A stretch of DNA of 64,000 bases, taken from the IMG/VR virus record IMGVR_UViG_3300032087_004763, positions 1 through 64,000 of that record, one strand, 5' to 3'. Position numbers and translations under genes: made by a program. This document shows positions 39,985 to 49,635 of the stretch, piece by piece (position 1 is the first letter of the stretch; every line of letters begins with the position of its first letter). The notes below the pieces were generated by a model. It had not been told where the DNA came from and searched no databases. It was given only the letters and a program-made list of their open reading frames with translations. The stretch comes from a virus.

Positions 39985-40333
39985 GGATCTCTTTCACAGT
40001 TGATGGTTTTTTACGATTGAGGAAGTCACGATCTGGATCTTGGCCGTCGATCTTACCACGAGAGTAGGCGACAGCAAACGAGGAATAGTTGATCAGATCT
40101 TTGAGTGAATCCTCGATTGATTCAAAGTTTGGTTTGTAGCTTGGATCATTCTCCATAGCTTCAAGTACTGACCACAGACGGATTGTCTTAGTATTGATCA
40201 GTTCCATAATTGACAAAATGCCACGCGGATAGTAATCTGCTTGGCGGATACGAGAGTTTTCATTCTGATAGTCTCGAGACTTTTTGTCTTGGATCTCTGC
40301 ACATTCTTGCAGGACTTTAATTGATTCACGCAT
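39965..40333 (-). CDS. nucleotide-modification-associated domain protein (Nmad1/DUF1599-like)
   Basis: KKSRDY ... ESIEDSLKDLINYSSF; start at 40333. Confidence 0.7.
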   Translation of the reverse strand: MRESIKVLQECAEIQDKKSRDYQNENSRIRQADYYPRGILSIMELINTKTIRLWSVLEAMENDPSYKPNFESIEDSLKDLINYSSFAVAYSRGKIDGQDPDRDFLNRKKPSTVKEIRDAEGQ

Positions 40334-40337
40334 ATAA

Positions 40338-40808
40338 TTATCCAATTTGATTACAGAAAGGAAGTTCATTATTAACACATTCAGCAAGATACTGGTGTGT
40401 TAATCGTTTTTCGGTATTTTGATGAGTTGTCACTTCTTCAGTGATTTCATTACCTGTTAAAGGACATTTGAATTTAATAATTTCTCTAGGACAGCAAACT
40501 GCATATACATCGATCTTAGATTCATCAATTAAATCCATTACGTCCATAATACGTTTATTAGTCATATCTCCATAAGGACCACGACCTTGTTGATATGTAT
40601 TAATACGACCAGCAAATCCTAATTTACCGCCGGCTTTGCCAATTTTCATAAGTTTATTATCAACGTACATAAAATAAACAATATCACCAAGAGCAATAAT
40701 GTCTTTACGACGTAGATTTTCTTTACGGACAAAAGGCATTTGATCTCCGTCGATTTTAAAATATCCTAGATACTGTGATTTTTCACTAATCATTTGTTCA
40801 ATGTTCAT
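40338..40808 (-). CDS. GIY-YIG nuclease, endonuclease II (DenA)-like
   Basis: IVYFMYVDNKLMKIGKA...RINTY ... EKRL ... PFCN; AT-rich; own early-type promoter. Confidence 0.6.
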   Translation of the reverse strand: MNIEQMISEKSQYLGYFKIDGDQMPFVRKENLRRKDIIALGDIVYFMYVDNKLMKIGKAGGKLGFAGRINTYQQGRGPYGDMTNKRIMDVMDLIDESKIDVYAVCCPREIIKFKCPLTGNEITEEVTTHQNTEKRLTHQYLAECVNNELPFCNQIG

Positions 40809-40869
40809 AATATGTTCTCCTCAATCTTTGTACCATTATACCAAGATTTCTGGAAATGTACATCTTTTT

Positions 40870-41814
40870 TTACATATTTTTGTAAACAAATTCAAGTGCA
40901 CGATCTGCTTCTTTATCAAGTGGGCGGTTAGAGTACCAGTTACCGGTCTCGGCATCAAGCTGCTTACACATCTGTGAGATCTCTGCAGCAGTGATAGGGT
41001 ATTGCTTTCTTACGGCGTTTGCAGCCACAGAAACCATAATTCGATACATTGTATGATACCAGCCAGTACCAGTAATCGAACGATATTCCGCTTCAAGGTG
41101 TTTCGGAAAGAACGGACAGTCATGATATGAGTTCCAACTATAGTTAGTATTGTCTAGCTTAGACTTACGATGTTCAATGATTTGCTTTTGAACTTCTTCA
41201 GGCAGCCGATCAAAGAAGTTGTTTCCATCACGTTTCTCAGTATACGGAAACTCTTTGATCAGGGCATCAGGGTCAATAGGTGATATGCCACCACCATTAA
41301 AAATAAAATTGTCAGCACCAGCGTACCGACCAGGGACATAATACATTCTTGAAAGATCGCGTGTTTGTCGATCTGCGATGTGATCCAATTTTGTGTTAAG
41401 AGCATACCAGAAGGCTTTGATTTCATCTTTTCCCACTCTTCGCTCAAGTGGAAAGACAAGCCTAAACTTAGGACTATCCGGTGTGCTGCTTGCAGTACTA
41501 TAGCAAAGATAGTACCAATCACCAACCAACTCATCAAGCTCACTCTTTAGATCTCCTTTAAATTCGTGGTCATCAACATCGACTGCACACCAACGTCCCC
41601 AGTCGACAACATTATCATTTGCTCTTGTTTTATTTATAACATAGGTCGCCGGCGAAATGAGTTGTGCATCTTTCTTCGACGCACGATCCACCTTCGCCAG
41701 GTCATATAGTAGCTTTTCAAATTCGGCGAAGGATTTGAAATCCATCCGCTTGTGCGTTTTGTTATCAAAGATACTTTTGAATAAAGTGAGGGAAGTACCC
41801 GTGGTTTCCGTCAT
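40870..41814 (-). CDS. archaeo-eukaryotic primase (prim-pol)-like protein
   Basis: WCAVDVDD, YSTASS..KFRLVFPL, DRQTRDLSRMYYVP, helical C-terminal domain; start MTETTG at 41814. Confidence 0.7.
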   Translation of the reverse strand: MTETTGTSLTLFKSIFDNKTHKRMDFKSFAEFEKLLYDLAKVDRASKKDAQLISPATYVINKTRANDNVVDWGRWCAVDVDDHEFKGDLKSELDELVGDWYYLCYSTASSTPDSPKFRLVFPLERRVGKDEIKAFWYALNTKLDHIADRQTRDLSRMYYVPGRYAGADNFIFNGGGISPIDPDALIKEFPYTEKRDGNNFFDRLPEEVQKQIIEHRKSKLDNTNYSWNSYHDCPFFPKHLEAEYRSITGTGWYHTMYRIMVSVAANAVRKQYPITAAEISQMCKQLDAETGNWYSNRPLDKEADRALEFVYKNM

Positions 41815-42199
41815 GGCTCGGTGCCTTCCATTCGAGTGGTTTGATGAGGTCTGGTAATCCGAGTGGATTTGGTCGTTCGGGCTTGACGCCAACTTTTTTC
41901 GCCATGTTTGCATTATGTACTTCATCCCAAGCTTTATGAGAGTTGATACCGAAGGCATCCAATGTGCCTAGGGCAACGACGATAATATCGATCAGACCGT
42001 CAACCACCTCTTCTGGGTCTTGGTCGTGATAGATCGCCTTCAATGTTTCTTTATATTCTTCGTTGATAAAATCCATACGAAAGTTAAGAAACGATTTCAA
42101 TGCTTCTTTATCGCCTTCTTCAATTTTAGTTCTTACCCATTCATGTACGCCATACTTTGCATGCATGTCATGAATATCTTTTACCATGTCATTTGACAT
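41765..42199 (-). CDS. MazG/PRA-PH-like dNTP pyrophosphohydrolase
   Basis: FINEEYKE..EEVVDGLID..WDEVHNANMAK..PDLIKP. Confidence 0.8.
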   Translation of the reverse strand: MSNDMVKDIHDMHAKYGVHEWVRTKIEEGDKEALKSFLNFRMDFINEEYKETLKAIYHDQDPEEVVDGLIDIIVVALGTLDAFGINSHKAWDEVHNANMAKKVGVKPERPNPLGLPDLIKPLEWKAPSHDGNHGYFPHFIQKYL

Positions 42200-42254
42200 T
42201 TACTTTCTCCGTTTAGATGGATATTATACATTGATTCTCTGGGAATGTACACAG

Positions 42255-44696
42255 TTAAATAAAAAATTCTTCAAGGGTAGCCTGCTTCTCCGCTTCCCAA
42301 CCGATTGCATTCAGAATAAAATTCAACGGCTCGATGAACGTCTTCTCGAACTGCTTGTCGTAGTCTACATATTTATGCAGCTGAAGTTCTGGAGGTAAGT
42401 AGTCCGGGAACGTGATGACATTCTCACGGATGTGGTTAGGCATCTTCAGATAGCAGAATTTGGCTTTATCCCCAGCTTGAATAAGTTCATATTTCTTCTG
42501 AAGGGACTTGTCCTTGATATAATGATTGTAGAGTAACGCACCGCGCACATGTATCGGCGTACCCTTCGTGTAGATTGATTTTCGATCTGACCATTTGACA
42601 ACCTCCGAGACACCACGTGGGAAGGATACCTCTTCTGGAGAAAGCGAGTTAAATCTTGATTTGAATTCAGCAATCGCCTGTTGCGTTTCCTCCTCAGTGG
42701 ACGAGACAATAACCTTAAAGAGTTTCTTGAGCGCATCCCTGCAAACAGCCGGGGTAGACGATTTGATGGCTTCGATCCCCATGATCTTGAGTTTGGGTTC
42801 CGCATACTGAACTCCTTCCGAGTTGTGTACGTTAAGTATGTATCTTTTCTTTGCCGTCCAGATACCACGATCGGCAATGACTTCGCGTGACATCTCCATA
42901 CGTTTCTTGTAGCAGTTCATGTTGTGGAAGAGTTCGTCGTACGCTTTCTCAAGGACTTTCTCGAAGTGGGTTTTGCACGCCTCGTCGAGGAACTTGACCG
43001 GGTCAGGCGGATTGAAATGCTGAACAAAGCTGCCAAAATCAACGTAAAGAGAATCAGTGTCAATTGCGATAACATAGTCTTTGTCCGTCTTCAGTAGTTT
43101 GTTCATCTCAGCATTGATTGCTGTCTCGGCCCACTGGATCACACGTTGACCCGTGAGTGTCACACCCTCTGCTAAGCGGAGATCAAAATATTTAAAGTAT
43201 ACGTTGCCAAGAGCACCATAGAGAGAGTTAAGAAGAATTTTGAGGGCCATCTGCCTGTTCTCAAGCTGATTAATCTCCTTCTCAAGAGCATATGTTTTTT
43301 CCTTTTCGTATTCTTGTTGAGCCGCAAGCATCATCTTTTTGATGCTCGTCCTTTCATCATAGTAGTCAATAATGATATTCGGAATCACACCTTCACGGTC
43401 TTTACGATAGAATGAACCATTTGCTGCACAGGTTGCGTCTTCTGATTGTCTATCAATCAATGTCTCGGTTGACATATTCCACTGTACAATGATGTTCGGG
43501 TACAGTGAATTTAAGTCAAACGATACTACCCAATCATGCAGTCCGACCTGAGGTTCTTTCACAAAGCCACCGGCAAAAGATTGCTTCTGTGCTGGTATGA
43601 CTTCGAGTGGTGGCACCTTCCTGAGTGACTGCAGCTTACGATAGATAATCGATTCCCATATTGCAGTCGTACCAAACGTGTCATTGTAATTGACACCACC
43701 TTTGTATGCCACTGTCATGGCAAGAGTAATCAGACCCATCTTGTCTTCAAGACGTTCGACCAACTGAACATCCTTCATGTTATAGTCGATGTATCTCTGA
43801 TAGTCATCCTTGTACAGATTACGAAGAGAACCAGATTCTTCGAAGCTGAGTTTCTTTTCACCAAGAACTACGGATGCAATGTGATCTAGCTTATAGGATT
43901 CCTGTGCACCGTACGAGTAACCAAACTTCTGGAACAGTTCTAGGTAGTCTAGCTGACTGATACCCTTGATATCGTATGTGTCTTCCTTGCGTTGACGACG
44001 TGTGACCTCACGATAATCGATCAGTCCCCACGGTGAATATTTATTCACGGCTTCTAGCCCAACGACCTTTGCCGTGCGATTAATTAGATACGGAACATCG
44101 AAGAATCGAATATTCCAGCCAGTGATTACATCAGGACTGTGAATCGGATTGTTCCAGTATTCCAGGAACTTTACTAGCAGGTCAAACTCGTTATCACATT
44201 TAATGAAGTGAACTGGTTGGATCAGGGCTTTCTCTGTATCAAAGTCGCCATAGCCCCAGACACGGTAGTAGTCGTTCTTGTTTGACTTGACCGTGATCGA
44301 TAGGACTTCTTGGTCTGCCTTTGATGGTTCAGGGAATCCATCCTCGTAGGCAGTTTCGATATCGATTGTCAGGACGTTGATTGTATCCCGGTCAAATGTG
44401 ATATCACGTGGAAATTTCTCTGTGATATATTGATGGATATAATTCTTTGCCCCATAGATTTTGTAGCCAGCCACATCACGATACATCTCGACGTGGTTCT
44501 TGGCATCTTTCATGGAGTCAAATTGGATTGAGTCTACGTCTGCTCCATCAATAGAAGTCCATCCCGTAGGTTTACGGGATGTGACATAGAGAGTTGGTTT
44601 GAATTTTTCTTTACGTTGGACACGCTCACCATTGTCGGCGTATCCTCGGTAAAGTATTGAGTTTGCATAACGATTAACTGATGTATAAAAGGGCAT
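42255..44696 (-). CDS. 43: family B DNA polymerase gp43
   Basis: DIET (Exo I), [30 protein letters not shown]. Confidence 0.97.
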   Translation of the reverse strand: MPFYTSVNRYANSILYRGYADNGERVQRKEKFKPTLYVTSRKPTGWTSIDGADVDSIQFDSMKDAKNHVEMYRDVAGYKIYGAKNYIHQYITEKFPRDITFDRDTINVLTIDIETAYEDGFPEPSKADQEVLSITVKSNKNDYYRVWGYGDFDTEKALIQPVHFIKCDNEFDLLVKFLEYWNNPIHSPDVITGWNIRFFDVPYLINRTAKVVGLEAVNKYSPWGLIDYREVTRRQRKEDTYDIKGISQLDYLELFQKFGYSYGAQESYKLDHIASVVLGEKKLSFEESGSLRNLYKDDYQRYIDYNMKDVQLVERLEDKMGLITLAMTVAYKGGVNYNDTFGTTAIWESIIYRKLQSLRKVPPLEVIPAQKQSFAGGFVKEPQVGLHDWVVSFDLNSLYPNIIVQWNMSTETLIDRQSEDATCAANGSFYRKDREGVIPNIIIDYYDERTSIKKMMLAAQQEYEKEKTYALEKEINQLENRQMALKILLNSLYGALGNVYFKYFDLRLAEGVTLTGQRVIQWAETAINAEMNKLLKTDKDYVIAIDTDSLYVDFGSFVQHFNPPDPVKFLDEACKTHFEKVLEKAYDELFHNMNCYKKRMEMSREVIADRGIWTAKKRYILNVHNSEGVQYAEPKLKIMGIEAIKSSTPAVCRDALKKLFKVIVSSTEEETQQAIAEFKSRFNSLSPEEVSFPRGVSEVVKWSDRKSIYTKGTPIHVRGALLYNHYIKDKSLQKKYELIQAGDKAKFCYLKMPNHIRENVITFPDYLPPELQLHKYVDYDKQFEKTFIEPLNFILNAIGWEAEKQATLEEFFI

Positions 44697-44875
44697 AGAT
44701 TCTCCATGATGAATAGGGTATTATACACCGGATTTGAGTAAAAGTAAACAGTTAAAGTGGTCCCCAGAACAATTCAGTAAGAAACATGGCTATTGCAGCA
44801 ATGCCTAAAAAATACGGGAAGACTAAAAGCGTTCTCGAAAACCAGCCAGAATTCTTAAACTCTTCCCACCACGTA

Positions 44876-45094
44876 TCATTCCTTAACATCTTCGATACTT
44901 ACGATAGACGATTTCGAAATATCCTCGTAAGCTTCTTCTTCATGATTATAGAACACAATCCTATGATTAGTAGGATTCATATTTAAGTGAGGAACTTCGG
45001 AGAGAATCTTTGTAATCTTTTCTCCTGTTCTATAATGTTTAAACGTTATCTTCTTCACATTGTCCACAACAATCTGGTGTGCCGCATTTATCAT
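44876..45094 (-). CDS. hypothetical protein
   Basis: 72-aa ORF. Confidence 0.55.
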   Translation of the reverse strand: MINAAHQIVVDNVKKITFKHYRTGEKITKILSEVPHLNMNPTNHRIVFYNHEEEAYEDISKSSIVSIEDVKE

Positions 45095-45171
45095 GTACTA
45101 CTCCATCACCCTCGAGAGGATTATCTAACCATACATGGCCATCGGAGTCTGCCTCCGGGCCTTTCCATTTA

Positions 45172-45720
45172 TCAACCGTAGACGACATCAGCCTTCAACA
45201 TATTAAAATAGTCTAGCACTGCTTCTGGTGATGATTCACCATATGGGTCTGGATCATCTTCAGTAGCATCTGGTTCCACAAACATTTTCTCGATCACGCC
45301 GTTATCAACGATCATTGCATAGCGACGACTACGCTTACCGAAACAGACGTCTGTCATATCAACTAACATGCCCATCTTTTCAGTAAACTCTCCGTTGCCG
45401 TCTGGAATGAAATCGATCTTACCAAATGCATCTTGATCAAGCATCCACTTACGCATTACAAAAGAATCATTTACCGACAAAACGTAGATCTCGTCGATCC
45501 CATTTGCTTTGATAGCCTCTCGTTGCTCTACAAAACCCGGCACTTGATAAGTGGAACAGGTGGGTGTAAATGCACCTGGTAGGGAGAATACTAGAACTCG
45601 CTGTGCTAGAAATATGTCCTTTGTTGTTTGATCTACCCATTTAAATGGATTGTCTCCTCCAATAGACTCGTCTCTTACTCTCTTCTTGAAAGTGACGTTT
45701 GGTACTGGTTGTCCTTCCAT
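45172..45720 (-). CDS. peroxiredoxin (Prx5/redoxin family)
   Basis: LPGAFTPTCS, SVNDSFVM, PDGNGEFT, RSRRYAMIVDNG. Confidence 0.93.
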   Translation of the reverse strand: MEGQPVPNVTFKKRVRDESIGGDNPFKWVDQTTKDIFLAQRVLVFSLPGAFTPTCSTYQVPGFVEQREAIKANGIDEIYVLSVNDSFVMRKWMLDQDAFGKIDFIPDGNGEFTEKMGMLVDMTDVCFGKRSRRYAMIVDNGVIEKMFVEPDATEDDPDPYGESSPEAVLDYFNMLKADVVYG

Positions 45721-45863
45721 TACCCTTGTCCTCTGTATGTCTTGTGTGATCGCCTCTTCGTTTTGTTCATCGAAGAAGTTTTAATTGTACCTCTACCGAT
45801 AGAGGTTCCTTTTTTAAAAGATTCAGGGCGCCATGCGACACCCAACGAACTCTTGCTTGCCAT
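45720..45863 (-). CDS. 47-aa basic peptide (not in the ORF track)
   Basis: MASKSSLG...KKGTSIGRG..TSSMNKTKRRSHKTYRGQG*; TAATG coupling on both sides. Confidence 0.7.
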   Translation of the reverse strand: MASKSSLGVAWRPESFKKGTSIGRGTIKTSSMNKTKRRSHKTYRGQG

Positions 45864-45964
45864 TAGTCTTTTAATCTCTTTACAAAATCAATAATGCCAT
45901 CTAGCTTCCATCTTACGATCCACCCTAAAGCGAATCCAAGTATAAATCCTAATGTCATAAACAT
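45863..45964 (-). CDS. 33-aa single-TM peptide (not in the ORF track)
   Basis: MFMTLGFILGFALGWIVRWKLDGIIDFVKRLKD*; coupled to the M15 peptidase stop. Confidence 0.55.
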   Translation of the reverse strand: MFMTLGFILGFALGWIVRWKLDGIIDFVKRLKD

Positions 45965-46428
45965 TATGCGTTAATCCCTTCGCTATATTGTGTCTTACCA
46001 TCTACGCGTGATGCAGTTAGAATGGACTTTCTGTTATCCCCATCAGCTTTGTAGCTAACATGTACCCAACCAGAATCAGGGATACCGGGAGTATAGAACT
46101 CGAGAATAAGCTGATCAAAATCCAGGTTGTCTCGGATCCATTCTGCCAACTCTGCATTAGGAACGCCCGGCACTTCGATGTCAGCTGCTTCACCTTTGCA
46201 ATGCTGGCTCTTACTAGATCCACCAACAGCAGCATTAAGGTCAGGGGAACGATAACCGCTATTAAGCACAGTAGGACCAAAATGGTCTCGTACAGGTTGT
46301 ACAACATTTTCGAAAAGAGCGATCGCTGCATCCATGTGATCTCCCTGTGGAGTGTTGTCGATCCCCTTACGCTCAGCAGTCTGTGACTTTGTAAATTCTG
46401 CTAGGGAAAAGTTCTTAGATAGTTTCAT
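45964..46428 (-). CDS. peptidase M15A, probable endolysin
   Basis: NFSLAEF, SGYRSPDLNAAVGG..SQHCKGEAAD, WVHVSY; start at 46428 after AGGAG. Confidence 0.88.
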   Translation of the reverse strand: MKLSKNFSLAEFTKSQTAERKGIDNTPQGDHMDAAIALFENVVQPVRDHFGPTVLNSGYRSPDLNAAVGGSSKSQHCKGEAADIEVPGVPNAELAEWIRDNLDFDQLILEFYTPGIPDSGWVHVSYKADGDNRKSILTASRVDGKTQYSEGINA

Positions 46429-46471
46429 TTTATCTCCTGTAGAAAGGAGCCCCGTAGGACTCCTTCTAACT

Positions 46472-46708
46472 TTAGTCTTTCTTTGTGACGAACTTATAAA
46501 GCTCTTCAGCCTTAGACATGATCTCTTGAGGCTGGTACATTTTTGGTGTGTACTTCTCAAAGATTTCTTTTACGTCTTGTGAGTTTTTCTCAGCCTGATT
46601 GACCATGGTCCAGTATTGTTGATTAGCAATCTCATACTGTTGGTCCATCAGATCCTTAGCCATTTTCAATACATCGAAGCGAAGTTCGAATGGTGATTTG
46701 TTTGACAT
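46472..46708 (-). CDS. conserved hypothetical protein
   Basis: PFELRFDVLKMAKD ... EIMSKAEELYKFV. Confidence 0.7.
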   Translation of the reverse strand: MSNKSPFELRFDVLKMAKDLMDQQYEIANQQYWTMVNQAEKNSQDVKEIFEKYTPKMYQPQEIMSKAEELYKFVTKKD

Positions 46709-46803
46709 ATCTGTGTCCTCTGTGTGTGTATATTGGCCTTCGGCCGAACATTAGAGTAACCCAAGCTAGCTAGTAATATCATACCAGCAACGATCAGATT
46801 GAA

Positions 46804-47055
46804 TTACTCTTTTCCTTTAGTCGTGTCGTCCAGGATAAACTGAACAACTTCATGATACGTCATATCTTTGAAGTCCTTGTTATGTGTCTTCAAGTGATGT
46901 GCTGTATCAAATGCCGCTTGTAAACGGCGGGCTTCAATGAACGCCTCAAAGATGCGAACAAAGAAGTTACCTACGGCCAGTGCCAGCAACATTACTGGTG
47001 CTACTGCCCTCTTCCAAGAGTAACTCAGACTCTCTTGATGTGTTGTGGTTGTCAT
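46804..47055 (-). CDS. hypothetical protein
   Basis: Start MTTTTHQ after GAGGAG; overlaps the hsp20 3' end. Confidence 0.55.
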   Translation of the reverse strand: MTTTTHQESLSYSWKRAVAPVMLLALAVGNFFVRIFEAFIEARRLQAAFDTAHHLKTHNKDFKDMTYHEVVQFILDDTTKGKE

Positions 47056-47488
47056 GTGTGACTCCTCGTGAATTTGAACTAATTTCAATTTGACGAGGAC
47101 GCATCTCTTCTGGGACGACTACTTCCAAACCAATGGCAAGTATGCCATCCGTAAGATCTGCTCCATTTACCTGAACATACTCAGACAAACGAAATGTTTT
47201 TTCGAATTTCTTGGTCGAGATATTCTTGTGAATGTATTCTCTACCTCGATTTTCATGCTTACCCCTGACCTTCAGCGATCTATCCTTTACCTCGATATCT
47301 AACTCATTGCGAGCGAAACCAGCAACTGCCAGTTCGATAAGATACTTGGTATCGTCGACCTTGACGATATTGTGTGGGGGATAGTTATCGTTCGCATGCC
47401 TTGCGACACGGTCGAGCTCATCAAACAAATGATCGAACCCTACAAACGCCGAACGTGGGAAAAGTGAATGTACACCTTGTACTGTCAT
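46967..47488 (-). CDS. hsp20: small heat-shock protein (Hsp20/IbpA)
   Basis: FVGFDHLF, NYPPHNIVK, IELAVAGF, GADLTDGILAI, PEEMRPRQIEI. Confidence 0.95.
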   Translation of the reverse strand: MTVQGVHSLFPRSAFVGFDHLFDELDRVARHANDNYPPHNIVKVDDTKYLIELAVAGFARNELDIEVKDRSLKVRGKHENRGREYIHKNISTKKFEKTFRLSEYVQVNGADLTDGILAIGLEVVVPEEMRPRQIEISSNSRGVTHDNHNTSRESELLLEEGSSTSNVAGTGRR

Positions 47489-47550
47489 GATTGACCTCCT
47501 AATTAAGCAAGGTTATGTTACTCGGACCGGACCTATTCCGCATCCGTTAC
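47489..47550 (-). promoter_or_regulatory. ROSE-like RNA thermometer in the hsp20 leader
   Basis: ACCUUGCU-UAAUU-AGGAGGU hairpin with a bulged G masking the SD; upstream hairpin CGGAUGCGGA-AUAGG-UCCGGUCCG. Confidence 0.65.
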
Positions 47551-47613
47551 TATATATACAGGAACCTATAAAGTTCTAGCATATATTTAAACTTTTTTGG
47601 TTGATGAATTGGA

Positions 47614-47775
47614 TCAGGAAGCTTTCCGAAAAGCTCCAACATTTTCTCTAAATGTTTTTCTACTTCCTTTGAATTCATTTTCGCATTTATCACTACAAAA
47701 ATTTACCCAATCTGCATCAATCATTTTACGAAATTCTTTTTGACAGTTAGGGCATTCGATTTTTTTATAGTTCAT
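47614..47775 (-). CDS. 53-aa zinc-finger protein (not in the ORF track)
   Basis: CPNC...FCSDKC; ATGA overlap with regA; AT-rich. Confidence 0.5.
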   Translation of the reverse strand: MNYKKIECPNCQKEFRKMIDADWVNFCSDKCENEFKGSRKTFRENVGAFRKAS

Positions 47776-48182
47776 TTGTTTCCTATATTGTACTTAGGAC
47801 AAAGCTCCCATTGATCCTTATCTTTGAAAGAGATAATTTTAATTTGTCTGAGAGGAGCAAGGGGTTTTGCCGACTCACCATTCTCGATAGTGATAAGACC
47901 CCAATCAGACATGAGTGTAGCGATAGTATTTCGGCGGGCTACGTCGTTCTCTTCTAGATTAGATTTTTTTCCATCTAGGAGAAAGAGTTCTTTGAAGTGT
48001 ACTATGAAATACCTACCCTGTTTATGTAGGATATGGCACGATTGAAATAGTTTCTTGTCTTTCCGTGATGCGACTCCGATGCGAGTCAGCGTTTCTCTTA
48101 CTTTCAAAAAGTCATCCGGTTCATTGAGTGTTACCTCGAGCATCTTACTCGGGTTCCATTCTACGAGATTATTTTCTTCCAC
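47772..48182 (-). CDS. regA: translational repressor RegA
   Basis: DDFLKVRETLTRIGVAS, QSCHILHKQGRYFIVHFKELF. Confidence 0.96.
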   Translation of the reverse strand: MEENNLVEWNPSKMLEVTLNEPDDFLKVRETLTRIGVASRKDKKLFQSCHILHKQGRYFIVHFKELFLLDGKKSNLEENDVARRNTIATLMSDWGLITIENGESAKPLAPLRQIKIISFKDKDQWELCPKYNIGNK

Positions 48183-48546
48183 CTTTATTCACCTTCTTAT
48201 ATAATTCATGAATTTGGTCAGTGGAAAGGATCTCGAGTACTTGTAAGGCTTTCTCTTCGTTATAGCCATAATATTCTTTGATAACTTCCACGTCACTGTC
48301 GATTTTTTTCTTATCCCATTTTGAAAAGCGTTTCCGCTTACGTATTATATTTATCAAAAAATCGAATTGTAGACGTGAGTCTAGATGATGATTCAGATTC
48401 ATCTCATTGGCTGCAAGAACAGTATCAGGGAAATAGGATAAAGACCGATTCACCATGAAGCTGTTGTATTCTTTTTCTACGATATCATCAACCATGATAT
48501 CTTTCTTTGTGTAATTAATTGAGTTTAAAAATTCAAAAGGATTCAT
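48169..48546 (-). CDS. 62: clamp loader small subunit gp62
   Basis: FMVNRSLSYFPD..ANEMN..RKRKRFSKW..EYYGYN. Confidence 0.93.
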   Translation of the reverse strand: MNPFEFLNSINYTKKDIMVDDIVEKEYNSFMVNRSLSYFPDTVLAANEMNLNHHLDSRLQFDFLINIIRKRKRFSKWDKKKIDSDVEVIKEYYGYNEEKALQVLEILSTDQIHELYKKVNKGGRK

Positions 48547-48710
48547 ATTATATGTGTCATTAAAAAGTTAGCAATGATTGATAAGCAAGTAACAATATGT
48601 AGTATTACCCAAGAGGTTCTGATGATGGCCACACGATTATCATATGGTCTTGTGGTCTCATCATCAAATGAACCAATTGCGTATTTCCATGCATTCCAGA
48701 TTCTAGACAA
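48543..48710 (-). CDS. small membrane protein (not in the ORF track)
   Basis: TTG start; WKYAIGSFDDETTRPYDNRVAIIRT then a TM helix; fills the 44-62 gap. Confidence 0.5.
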   Translation of the reverse strand: MSRIWNAWKYAIGSFDDETTRPYDNRVAIIRTSWVILHIVTCLSIIANFLMTHII

Positions 48711-49635
48711 AATCGACGTTCGCCATAATCTCTGTCATACAAGCCACGGTATTCAGTTCATGGTCTGCGACGAATGCATTTTTATATGAATAGTCCGCCA
48801 GGATCAAGACGAGCTGAGGGATTGACTCGGGCTTAATCTTCTCATTCATTTGATCATAGATCGCACGAAAGATAGCTGTGGCGTCAGCATCAACATTTTG
48901 CGCTACCCATGAGCGCATCTTTTTAAAGTCTTTTGATTTTAAATAATCAAAGAGAGAACTATAGGATAGAACGTTACTATCGCCCCTGTCGCTATCAATC
49001 CCCACCATAGAATGTCGCTGAAGTTCATTTAATATCCTCCTCCAGTCTGGAGCATGTTTCATAATTAAGTTAGCCAATGATTTATCATCAATGCGACTAA
49101 CGCCTTCTGCATCTAATATAGATGTTGCGCGTTTCATAAATTGGGCTGCGAGGCCTGCGAGTTCTTTTTTAGTGGTGTTAAACTCGTAAACACCGCACCG
49201 AGAGTGTAGCGGCTCGATGATCCGATTCTTAAAGTTGCATGTCAGAATGAACCGACAGTTGTTTGCAAACTCCTCGATGAATCCACGAAGAGCTGGTTGA
49301 GTTGACTGGGCGTTTAAGTAATCTGCTTCATCGAGTATGACGACTTTGTATCCACCTTGTAGTGATACAGTAGAAGCGAATTGCTTAATTTTTGTTCGAA
49401 GTGTGTCGATGTTACCAGACTCGGATGCATTGATGATGATCCAGTCTAGATCTAGTTCGTTGCACAATGCTTTAGCGACGGTAGTCTTGCCAAGACCAGC
49501 GGTACCGCTAAACATCATGTTTGGTAATTCACCACCATCTACTATCTTTTGAAAGGTGGCTTTGAGTGTATCCGGTAGGACACAATCAGAAATGGTTTGT
49601 GGACGGTATTTCTCAACCCACAAAAAATCTTGCAT
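48703..49635 (-). CDS. 44: clamp loader large subunit gp44
   Basis: LWVEKYRP, GTAGLGKTT, LDEAD, PLHSRC. Confidence 0.96.
   Translation of the reverse strand: MQDFLWVEKYRPQTISDCVLPDTLKATFQKIVDGGELPNMMFSGTAGLGKTTVAKALCNELDLDWIIINASESGNIDTLRTKIKQFASTVSLQGGYKVVILDEADYLNAQSTQPALRGFIEEFANNCRFILTCNFKNRIIEPLHSRCGVYEFNTTKKELAGLAAQFMKRATSILDAEGVSRIDDKSLANLIMKHAPDWRRILNELQRHSMVGIDSDRGDSNVLSYSSLFDYLKSKDFKKMRSWVAQNVDADATAIFRAIYDQMNEKIKPESIPQLVLILADYSYKNAFVADHELNTVACMTEIMANVDFV

Noticed and set aside
42255-44696. Intein, intron or split in gp43
   Set aside because: Single 813-aa ORF with contiguous motifs and no splice-junction signatures
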